Positions 42,137-53,060 of a DNA stretch of 64,000 bases are shown here, in pieces (position 1 is the first letter of the stretch; each line of letters begins with the position of its first letter). The translations under genes were made by a program, and so were the position numbers. The DNA is from Hormiphora californensis. Taxonomy: Eukaryota; Animalia; Ctenophora. The notes below the pieces were generated by a model. That model was not told where the DNA came from. It ran no database searches and saw only the letters and a list, made by a program, of their open reading frames with translations. The stretch is taken from positions 3,658,001-3,722,000 of the forward strand of contig CM035350.1 in assembly GCA_020137815.1 (NCBI GenBank), read 5' to 3'.

Positions 42137-43130
42137 GGCCCAGTGTCAAAAAGCCACGAATATGCGAATCTAATTTCCAATGCTTTTAGAGAAAATAATG
42201 CCAAAATAATGCCAAAATAATGCCAAGCCTAGTTCCCCAATCACACACATTTGTCTGTAAATTACAGTGTAATGTGAACCCAAAACAAGAAATTATACAG
42301 CTGTTTCTCCCCTCACTCTCACCCTCTCTCCTCTATTCTTCTCTCTCCCTTTCTCTCTGTCTATCTCTATCTCTCTCCCTCTCTCTATCTCTCTCTCTGT
42401 CTCTCCCTCACTCTCTCTCTCTCTCTCTCACCCACTCTCTCTTTCTCTCTCACCCACTCTCTCTTTCTCTCTCACTTCCTCTCTCTCCCTCTAATTAGCT
42501 CGTGCTAATAAGGTAGTATGGTAGGTATCAGATTTCATGGGATTCTGAGATTCTAAGGCATTATTTTTGCGTGTTAATTGGGACTCTGAGGGACTCTGGG
42601 GCATTATTGGGACTCTGGGGGCATTATTGGGACTCCAGAATCCAAATAATGCCCTCCTTAGTTTATCACTCAAACCTGTTTTTTAGCTTCTAAAACAATT
42701 CTACGAGATAGACAATCACTATAAGGGTCACATAAAACAAAATAAGGAGAGTTGATGTACCACAAATTAAAACAATTAACCTATTTTATAATTAACTTAA
42801 TTAAAAAATTAAATTATTAAAAAAATTTTTCTTCAAATTTCGCTAGATTTTTATTTAAAATGACTTATTATGATAGGGAATGGTTCCCGGGTGCTCTATA
42901 AAGTCATTCCAAGCACCAAATTCATGCAAAATTGACAAATTTCAACAGAGTCTCAAAATGGCATTATCAGGCATTATTTAAACAGATGCCCGAATAATCG
43001 AATAAACTGTTAACTAATGCCTTCTATGTACTATCTAGTATCATTGCCAACACTTTTTAGTTAGAAAATAATGCCTTTTTTAAGAAATTTTCAGAGTCTA
43101 ATGCCTTTCGAAATAAGTTGACACTGGGAC
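42137..43130. mobile_element. Non-autonomous TIR element in the eIF3a 5' intron; superfamily unresolved
   Basis: GGCCCAGTGTCAA...TTGACACTGGGAC (12/13 match); 4-bp flanking duplication TACC; sub-terminal TAATGCC/GGCATTA repeats. Confidence 0.6.
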
Positions 43131-43686
43131 TACCGGAGGGGGCCACGGGGATATTATGTTGTTTTACTAGGAGAAGGGGGATATTATGTTGTAATACTAG
43201 GAGAAGGGGGATATCATGTTGTAATACTAGGAGAGGGGATATATCTGGGATAAAGCAAGATAAGTACAACACGGACATATACTTGTTATTCAGGTAAGAT
43301 GGTAAGGAATCGTCGCATTAGATGCAACAAGGGATAAAAGTGAGGGTTTCTGGATTGCAGACTATAAGATCTGTTTATTAGGTAAATATTTACAAAGAGG
43401 TGTACGATATATAAATTAACTTTCTACACGTAAAAAGAACACCCTTCTTTTATTGAAGTTCTGACAAATATAGATTGTTGTTCTTCTCACCTCTCTCTCC
43501 CAAGAATCAAGAATGTGTCTTTCTCTCACTCTCTGAAAAAAAGAAAGAAAAAACTTCCACACGTTCTAAAAAATCTGATAACACAAGCGCATGACGCATG
43601 CAAAGGTGCCTACCTAGCAACTAGGGGTAAATAAAGAAAATTACAATTCGAGTGTTCTCGATAACACTATGGCCAACAACAACGCC

Positions 43687-45797
43687 TCAGTAGTACGACT
43701 CGGATAGTTTGATGATCTCCCTAAACGCACTCCCCAGTTTGCCCTGGGTTTGGGAATGTCGGGTTACCTCCCTTGAAATATTGGCAATCTGCTGGTGACA
43801 CAAATGGCACTTCTTGTACCGCTCCTCTCTCGTGATATCGATATGTCCCCCAACCGGGGGTGCATTGATATTGTCCTTGATCAGTTGTCCGAAACTCTTG
43901 ATCACGTGTTTAAGGGTGGCACACGCCACCAGAAGGTGGTTCTCGTGTTTGGAATGGAACAGGACACGAAGGGAGGGCAGGACAATGGTACACACGTGGA
44001 GGTCCCACACCGCGGGGCGAGCCAGCAACACCTGAGAGAGGGCGACATTAATTAGTTGACAATAATTAGTTGATAGGATGGTTATCTCGGGGTGCCTACC
44101 AACGAATCGGGACATGATCATTGTTCCTACATGATATAACTATACCAGTCAATTAAAATTAGACAATCCCCAACCCCAAACAGGGTATTATAATACCTGG
44201 AAAAGATCAACGGTGACACCCTGATCATCCAAACCAAGAGCAACATCTAGTGCCTCCTTCAAGTCGCCCTTAGCCCACACACTCTTGACCAGCTGGAGAT
44301 TTCGTAACCTCTCCTCCAGGTTATCCCTGCAGAAGAAAGATAGTAAGAAAGAGACATCTACAGGAAACTTTATAATCGTCAAATTATCGTCAGAGGGGTA
44401 GATGTATGTATGGTATCCCTACCTGAGGCTCCTATGTCCAGTAGCTGCGTGGTGTAGAAAATCACTTTCCGTCACAGTCTCTGTTGGCCCTTTGTTGTCT
44501 AGTAAACTAATCTTGGCGATGGCTGCCGGGTTGGGTTCAGCTGCAGGTGGTGTGGGTTGTTTGTCCCTCCTGAAGGGTACCTGACCCTGAGATGTCGGTG
44601 CCTGTTGTTCCCAGTGGTGCAGATTCTTCCTTGCACGTGGGGGTGTTCTCTGGAGGGCGCCACGTACTGCAGGGGGCGGGGCCATGTCCCCTCCTACCGC
44701 TGCCGCTGCTGGTTTTGGGGCTGGAGCTGATGGAGTTTCGGCAGGAACGGCGGTTTCAACTAGAGGTGTTAGATCACCGTTGAATGGTTTTAACTTGGCA
44801 ATATCAACCACCCAAACAGACACATTTGTGTGTTGATAGGACGCTCCCATGAGCTGGCCACTCTGTACAGCCAAATCGGACACCTTCCCCCAGAACAGGC
44901 AGAGACTATCGTAGACTCGGGCGGGCTCCCAGCCGTATACCCTCAAACTATCCTCTGCACCACTAAACAATGCCTCTCCCTCAGGACTATACACCACTCT
45001 GCGGATTGGTTTCGCTTGTGGGCTTGTCGTGGATACCAAATCAAAGGTCTCCAAATCCCAGAATTTCACCGTTTTGTCCGAGGATGATGTCGCCAGCAGC
45101 AGCTCACAAGGGTGAAACTGAATATCAGTTATACCAGCGTCATGTTGGGTGAACTCGTGGAGTACCTTGGAGGAACCCAGGTCCCACAGTTTTACCAACC
45201 CATCCTCAGATCCGGTGACAACCCATTTACCGTCCGGGCTAAACTTGAGACAGTTTATTTTACCGCCGTGACCCTTGTATGTACACAAGCAGCCCTGTCT
45301 CCGCGTATCCCATAACCGCACATTGGTGTCCATGGAACCAGAGGCAAGGAACTTGCCAAATGGGTGAAACCCGATCGAGGAAACATTGGCTTTGTGCCCA
45401 GAAAGAGTGCGGATCACTTGAGCACGGTCAATATGCCACACTTTCAAAGTCCCAGATGCACTTCCACCGACCACGTGTTCCTCGGAGCAATCGAAGCCCA
45501 CGCAATCAACGCCGCTTGTGTGTCCAGAGAGACTTTGTGTGACCGTAGGTGACCCTATGGTCCATAAGTTTACCTGCAAAAAGGAAACAATGTACAGATA
45601 TGAACAACAAAAATGTTTGCTACAGTTTTATGGCCTTGTCGATATGATGCAGCTTCATTCGTAAATCTTACTTTTCTGTCCTCTCCACCGGTTGCAAGTA
45701 ATCTGGCTGATTTAGGACTGATCGAGAGACAGTTAACGTTTCCGCCGTGAGCTGCAAACTCCTGGAGCCGCCATGCTCGTTTGCTTTGAAACGTCAT
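43687..45797 (-). CDS. KATNB1: Katanin p80 WD40 repeat-containing subunit B1 (4 exons)
   Basis: [17 protein letters not shown]...[13 protein letters not shown]; six WD40 repeats; C-terminal con80 domain ([37 protein letters not shown]). Confidence 0.96.
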
Positions 45798-45877
45798 AAC
45801 ATAAGGGCTCCAATTCTAGAGGTGTTATATTGTAATGATAAAGGAACAAAAACAATCAATATTGATTAGCTCAAAGG

Positions 45878-47334
45878 CAGGGACACTTCGGCCAGGGGAC
45901 AGCCAGTGGGGTTGAAGGGGGCGAACCCCGGGGGGGTACCAACCTATTTTTTTGTATTTTTTTGTATTTTTTTGTACGGTCCGTACAAAAAAATAACCAA
46001 AATTCCCTGCTTTTTCCGTACAAAAAATACGAAAAAATACAAAAAAATATACTGCTGAAGGGAACTTCTTTAGGGCCCCCTATAAGTCTCTAGAGGTTTG
46101 CGGGGTCCTTATACTGGCCTGTATAGCCCTCTAGTTTCGTAGTACTCATAATCACGGTGTCCCAGCATATTTTTTGGCCGAGAATGGCCAAAATTTATCC
46201 CCATTTTGGCCGATTTTTTCCCGTGGTCTAAGTTAGTTTGATAATAGTTCAAGATAGTGGAACTTTAATTAAATAGTCTAAAAACGGTTGAGGTTTTGAA
46301 TCTAATTTTTTTATAGTATTTTAAAAGTTTTGAAAAAAAATGGTCCGGGCGAGTTTCGAACCCGGGACCTTCCGCGTGTCAAGCAGTTGTAATAACCCCT
46401 ACATCATGGAGGAGCTGACATGACTGCGATTTGAGAGTATATATTCTAGTGCACACACAATTGGCCGGGGGAGAGAGGCCGATTCGGCTTTTTCAGTTTT
46501 TCGGCCTTCTTATGCCTCCTTTTTCCAGGCATGAGGGGGAATAAGTAGGCATATTCGGCCGAAAAATGAAATTTCATCAGAAAATAAAGCTTGTGCACTA
46601 TCCCGACATATTTTTGCACGCTGAATCACGTGAGCTACTTTTTAAAGTGCTCAGAGGTGAGGAAAGTGCCCTAATTGGGCATAATTGAACCTAATTGGTC
46701 AAAAATTGAAATTTCATAGAAGACATTGAATAGTCAAGTTTGAGCACTAACCCCACTAATTTTGGTATGCTGAGTTACGTGAGCTACTTTTTGAAATCCT
46801 CTGATGCCAATTAAGGGTGCTAATTGACATAATTGGATGTTAATTGGTAATGCTGAAGAATGTATTATGTAATGTCATTACCCACTATCCCCACACATGT
46901 GAGGCTTGTTCCCTTGTTCGTAAATCGGCACTTTTTGCATTTCCATTGCTTGCATGTCGTGTATTTAGGCATCGCTAATGCTATGAATTTCTGCACATTA
47001 GTAAGACTTGTTCTAGTTAGGAGTCGTGGGGACGGGGAATGGTAAAATAAACTAAACAAACACTCTAGAGGCCTTTAAAGGCCAATAGAAGGACCTCGAG
47101 CGCCTCTAGAGACCTGTAGAAGGCACCAAAGAAGTTCCCGACAGCAGTAAACTTTTTTGTATTTTTTTGTATTTTTTTGTACGGACCGTACAAAAAAATA
47201 TTGCCTGCTTTTTCCGTACATCCGTACACAAAAATGGTTGGTACCCCCCCCCCCCCCCCCGACTCCCCCCCCCCCCCGAAAAGTTGATATTTTTGAGCGT
47301 TTTTAGACCCGGACACCCACGAGCGCCGTCCGTG
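45878..47334. mobile_element. hAT-like non-autonomous element enclosing a long inverted repeat (45930-46100 / 47100-47250)
   Basis: Termini CAGGGAC / GTCCGTG; 8-bp TSD CTCAAAGG vs ATCAAAGG (7/8); inner IR GGGGGGGTACCAACC...GGTTGGTACCCCCCC. Confidence 0.65.
46341..46412 (-). pseudogene. Degenerate tRNA-Val-like sequence (tRNA pseudogene or SINE head) inside the hAT-like element
   Basis: CCATGATGTAGGGGTTATTACAACTGCTTGACACGCGGAAGGTCCCGGGTTCGAAACTCGCCCGGACCA followed by T8. B box intact; acceptor and anticodon stems pair poorly. Confidence 0.65.
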
Positions 47335-47360
47335 ATCAAAGGACAGGTAGCATTCAGCAT

Positions 47361-47843
47361 GAGGCCCCTCGGAAATGTTCAGACAAGTTTAGACAAGTTT
47401 TAGACAAGTTTTAAAAATGATTCAGGTCGGTGTTACCCGACCCAAGAAAATACAATAATAATTTAATTAATAATTTAAAAACACACTCAAAAAATAAATA
47501 TAGTTAAAAAAAGAGGAAATCTGGAGAAGTGGGGAGGGAGATGGGGGAGGGAGAAGGGATCAAGGTATCTGTGTATGGGGGGGGGGGGTGCATAGTGATA
47601 GATTTGGTGGTAAGTGGAGAAGAGAACAGTGTGATTAAGGGAGTGGGAATGACCGGGTGGAAGGGTGAGAGAGAGAAACACGATGCTAAGAGAGAGGTGA
47701 ACAGCAGTGATGTTCAAGTCATGCACAATCAAGTCACGCCCACCAATCACAGCTCAGAACGCGCGGAGTGCTTCGCGCGTTCTGCGCTGTTATTGGTGGG
47801 CATGACTTGATTGTGCATGACTTGAACATTTCCGAGGGGCCTC
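47361..47843. mobile_element. Hairpin MITE with AT flanks (ISL2EU/Harbinger-like), interrupted by a retroposed fragment at 47382-47709
   Basis: TIR GAGGCCCCTCGGAAATGTTCA. The insert has a 7-bp TSD ATGTTCA and a minus-strand tail (AAACTTGTCT)x3. Confidence 0.75.
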
Positions 47844-48001
47844 ATTACAGCTCCCTGAGAGCCGAGAGGCCAGTGGTTGGCAAACGTTGCTGGCCCCCGT
47901 TCAGCGCGGGATAAGGCAGCGCTTTTCAAGGCCAGTGGCCACGAGGCGAAGAAAACAAGAAACAAGAAAAGAAGAAAAAAAATTTAAAAAAGAAGAAAAA
48001 T

Positions 48002-48539
48002 AAGGAACCATAATAAAGTTCAAGAGCGCACCCCATCCAAGAGCGTACCACCTCCAAAAGACACCACTCCAAGAGCGCACCACATCAAAGAGAGCTCCCC
48101 GTCCAGAAGATAAAGTCCATTTTTATTCAACTGTTCACCCTCCAACTCGTGCGCGTGCGATATTTTAATTTACGCTGCGCGCGCTACACGTTAACATGTG
48201 ATAGACGCGCAAAACAATTCCGCGCACGACTTTGGGGGGTGAACAGTTGAAAAAAAATGGAGTATACCGCGCGCAGGGGACACCACGCGCAGAAGAGACC
48301 GCACGCGCAAATACAACGCCGCGCTGGTCTCTTCTGCGCGTGGTGTCCCCTGCGCGTGGTATCTTCTGGATGGGGAGCTCTCTTTGATGTGGTGCGCTCT
48401 TGAAGTGGTGTCTTCTGGAGGTGGTGCGCTCTTGGATGTGGTCTCTTTTGGGTGTGGTGCGCTCTCAGGTGTGGTCTCTCTTCGATCGGGTGCGCTCTTG
48501 GGTGCTCTTGGAGGCTCTTGAACTTTATTATGGTTCCTT
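48002..48539. mobile_element. Hairpin MITE with AT flanks carrying a nested TA-MITE (48113-48264)
   Basis: TIR AAGGAACCATAATAAAGTTCAAGAG; internal CAAGAGCGCACC repeats; the nested element duplicates TA relative to the opposite arm. Confidence 0.85.
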
Positions 48540-49258
48540 ATTGTCTGGATCCGATCATATCGATTGCGCGTTTAAATATGCATCATAGAAAAGCAGTTTA
48601 CCGCTCGCTACATACCATACAATTTCAAACGGCCCAGCTCAGCTAAAATTTCAAACGCGAACGCGGTTTTGAAAAATTCTAGTCAAAAACTTTTTGCACA
48701 AAATCTCAAAGCTTCCTTTTTTGCTCCTCAGTCCTCCCAGAGCGGTATCTTCTGGATGGGAGGTTTCTCGTTCCTTGAAGTGGCCTCTTCTGGATGTGGT
48801 GGTCTGAGACTGCAGCGTAGATCAAGCTGAGCCCCCATCGATCCGCCACAACCCCCAATGCATTCGGCATTCGGGCTTCGAGATCTATCGACTGTGAAAT
48901 ATCCTCCGAAGTAACTTGAACCTTGATGACAAACTTGCATTCAAAATACCACTGACTTCTTTAAGAAGAAGTCCGACAATTAGTAATTACGAAATAATTA
49001 CTCGAGTCTAGATTTTGGAGTGGTGCACAACATTGGTATCCAGACACCGGTGTAGCATCTGTACGAAGTCTTTTACCAGATAATTGAATAATACTATCAA
49101 TTGTGTAGTTTCAACCATTGACAGTATTTGCTAACTTACCAGTCCTTGGTCCTTACTGTGAAGCTACCCTAAAATTTTAAGTGGCTTCAAATTCTAATTA
49201 CACAATGCTGATCACTCTTTTAATAGCTAGAGAGGTATTTTGAGACAGTGGTTAAGAT

Positions 49259-52200
49259 ATGGCGCCCAAGAGATCGTCCAAAAGAAGCTTTACGACTCCA
49301 TTTAAACCACCAATGAAGATTGAGTACGTTGTCTCTTCAACGTCACGCATTTATACGCATATTGAAGAATATTAAATAATTTCTCTCATTCTTGATACTT
49401 TGACAAATAAAAAAAACTAATATATTGTTTCAGAGATGATTTTGATAGTCTTGGTCAGTCACCTGCAGCTGGATCAGGAGTGGTGCCTGACTTCACTCCT
49501 AGCCCAGCTGTCCCACCATCCTCTTCCCCGCCTACTAAAAAGGCTAAGAAAGGTCCTGCAAAGAAAACACCTATATCTACCAGGAAAGGTAATTCGTATG
49601 CTCCCAGTTAGTGAAATGCATATTTTTCTGTTTTCTGACAATTGCTGATACCAATTGTGACACCTATAGTATAATTGCTGACAATAACTTTTCTTTCAGG
49701 ACGCTCCACTCACAATCACGACACGATTTCCAAGTTCGTAGTCAGGGTTACACTTTGTTCATGCATTAGATATACAATCCAAGAACTGTCTTGTTTTCTT
49801 CACCCCGATGAACCATCTTACGTGCTAGTTGCTCTAGGCGAGGGCTATTTTCTTTCAATACCACGTCAATCCAATACATTTTATAATGATATAATCTCTC
49901 TGTCCAGGCCCCCAGAGACCCCTGCATCCGCCCAACAACCAACTTCTAACCGGTCATCATCGCGTTTTAAAACGCCTGTTTTGAAGGTGGAGCAAAAGTC
50001 TACTGCGGTAAAGCTCGAGGAAACCCCCATAACGCCCTCTGCTGAGTCTAAACACGGTGATCATGCTACTACTCCAGCAACTGGTTTTGCACAACTGGGG
50101 GAAACCCCTGTAACTGATCCGGCTGTGAAGTGCGAACAGGGCCCTGTTTCTGAGGCACAACGCGACTTTGATACTCTTGGTGAAACACCTGGACCTGCTG
50201 CTAGCACCTCAGGGTGAGTCCCTCCTCCCACTGGTGATCATTGGAAGTCTCCTGCCTCCCCAGATGTCATTATTTTCTAGAAAGATGTGGTCAGCGAGAG
50301 CCAGCAAGAGCAGAGAGCGAAGGGCGCGCCGAGAGCGTGATGAGAGAGCAGGGAGCGAGAGACGAGAGAGCGACGAGGGATGCCCGCGAGGTCGCACGAG
50401 CACGAGACGCGGCGCGAGAGACGCGAGAGAAGAGGCGTCGCGAGAGAAGCGAGCAGCGGAGAGAGAGAGCGAGCGTCGCAGACGTGAGGGATCGTCAGCG
50501 AGCGCGAGCGAGAGCTCCAGCGAGAAGAAGAGTAGCGATCGCATAGTCTCGATCTCGCATCGAGCCTGCAGTACTCTCTATGGGCGTCTCTCCGAGGTCT
50601 CTCTGCAGAATCTCGCATACCGAGTCATCAGTCGATCATCTGCTGACCTCCTCTATCTCTCCTCTACTACTCCTCTCTCCTCTCTCGTCTCCTTCTCTAC
50701 TCTCTCCTCATCTCTTGTTCTACTGCTCTTCTTCTCTCCTCATCTCTTCTTGGCCCCCCAACAGTCGCCACTTGGCCCAACGAGCCCTTGCTACCTTTTG
50801 CTCTAACTCTCTCCCCTAATATTGTCCCTGGCTGCTGTCAAAAACGTTCCCTCTTTCAGTGACGTTGCAGCAGGGCTACCCGACGACAAAAGTAATCTCG
50901 CCGGTTCGAAGGAGAATGATAACGGTATGGTAATAAAGCCCACCGAATTGTCACATTTTATTGGCCCACGTCACTTGCTATTATATACCTTACTAGAGAT
51001 GATCTGCATCCCTTTCTCACTCTACACTGTAGAGTCTACACCCATTCCCTTCAGGGGCCGGTCGAGCAAAGAGACGACGAACACAGACCCAATTCTTTGG
51101 GGAAGTTACGCCCAGTGATGCTGCGATTAATCAGGGAGAGAAACATGAGGATGAGACTAAAGATGAAGATTCTGATTTCGATCCGACTGGTGGTGATGAT
51201 GATGGTGAAGATTATGATGGTGCAGGGGGGTCTCAGTTCAAGAGGCCTACTCAGACGGTGGTTCGTAGCAGCCATATTACTGGTGCACCCCGGAAGAGAA
51301 CAGCCAAGACATTTCAACACATGTTGGAGATTACACAGTTCCTGGCCAGTATACCAAGGAATGTCGATGAAATTCCCTTCCACCCTGCCTTCCTCAAACA
51401 CAGGTTTGCTAATCATGGTACAAGCACACAGGGAAATCGTAGAAAGCAATGCAATAAAGTGATTACCATGTCATACATGTATTTTATCAGGGGTTGGGAT
51501 ACAGATGGTATGAGTGCTTGGGTGATGCCCCATCCATTGGCAATCAAGTCTGATACCTCCTGTTACACGGATGCAGAAGTGGCCCTCTCACGACAATTTC
51601 CACCCGGTCCGCCCGTCTGGTAAGATCCCCAACTGTGGTAAACCTACATCGCACTCAGTACCCACTACCCACTCTCTATTACCCCATTCTATCTTTGCAC
51701 GGTACTGTCTCTCCAGTCTCCACTTTATCACTTTTGTGCCATTTAACAGTCGCCCCCATCCCTCGTTAGTCCGATTATGGTGCGACTAGCGTGCAACGGC
51801 CGGTACCCGGAAGACAAGATGAGTGTCCGGTTAGCACTCCAGATGAGACGATCACACGTTGTCTTGGTGACGCTGAAGGACAGGAAACATGTCCGACACT
51901 GGGAGAGGTTGGCCAGGTGGGCCAGTTGTGTCGTTGGAGGGCAGTTCAGTGGGAGTGCCTCGTTGTTGAGTAAGTTAGAGATGGCCATTCTAGATCGATC
52001 TGATTAAATACAATGATCGCTGTGCTGTAACAACTTATTCTCAACTAACCCGTTCCACACAGAAACCGTCATAAAAGTGTTGCTTCGAATGATAAAGCAG
52101 AAGGGTTCGTGGAACGTCAAGAGATTCCTGGAGTGTGTCACATATATTGCTGTTATTCAGCAACTGGGAACAACCCTCCCTGAGGTGAAACCGGTGAGTG

Positions 52201-53018
52201 ACTAAATGTTTTCTTAATGATGAGATGAGCAGGATATGATAGGGCAGATCCCTTCGTGGGGTGGACGCTGTTACTCAGCTGTTGAACACAGGGAGCTGGT
52301 TCATTTGTTCAACAGCTAAGTAGCAGCGTCACCTCACGAAGTGACGTCATTATATGCTTGACAGCTTCTACCAGAGAGTGTTCTGTACTCCACTGCCGAC
52401 CGTACACTGTGCTATACAGCTGATACAGTTCTTGATGAGTGAGTGCTTCAAAATGTAAGAATCTTAAAGAGGAGAGTGAGAGAGGGATGTCAGGGATTCG
52501 AGATGGTCGAGATGGTTACTTTAATACTGCATAACGTAACTAACGCGTGTGCCAGCCCCCACGTCACACGTCTAGACCAATTTTCTTTGAAATGCCTTGG
52601 TAGTTTTACAAAACAACTGCACTCACACTGGGTGTCTACTTTTTATTGCTAATCTGCGTCCCTAATCACTATAACTGTAATTTTGGTTTAATTGATCAAG
52701 TTTTATTGACAGGGATATTATTTCTGTTGAATTGTCTTTGTGGATAGTATTGATAATTATGCTGTAACACACATGCATAACAATATAATGTGTGTATGTG
52801 TGTGCCTCTTACTTACAGTAAAACCAAATTGCATCACACCACCATGAACAATTGGATCGCTGTGGATTCCTATGCTCCGAGGAGAGCGAGAGAGAGAGAG
52901 GTGAGAGCGAGAGCAGAGCCTCTCTCCTTTCTTCTCTCTCCTCGCTCTCTCTCTCTCTCTCTCTCTCTTCCTCTCTCTCTCTCTCTCTCTCTCCCTCTCC
53001 TTCTCTCTCTCTCGCTCG

Positions 53019-53060
<42 letters not shown>

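Noticed and set aside
46341-46412. Functional tRNA-Val(GAC)
   Set aside because: Acceptor and anticodon stems are disrupted, the GAC anticodon is atypical for eukaryotes, and it lies inside a TE.
50168-50819. Arg/Glu-rich and Ser/Leu-rich ORFs
   Set aside because: Noisy GA/CT low-complexity intron sequence, probably low-quality consensus.
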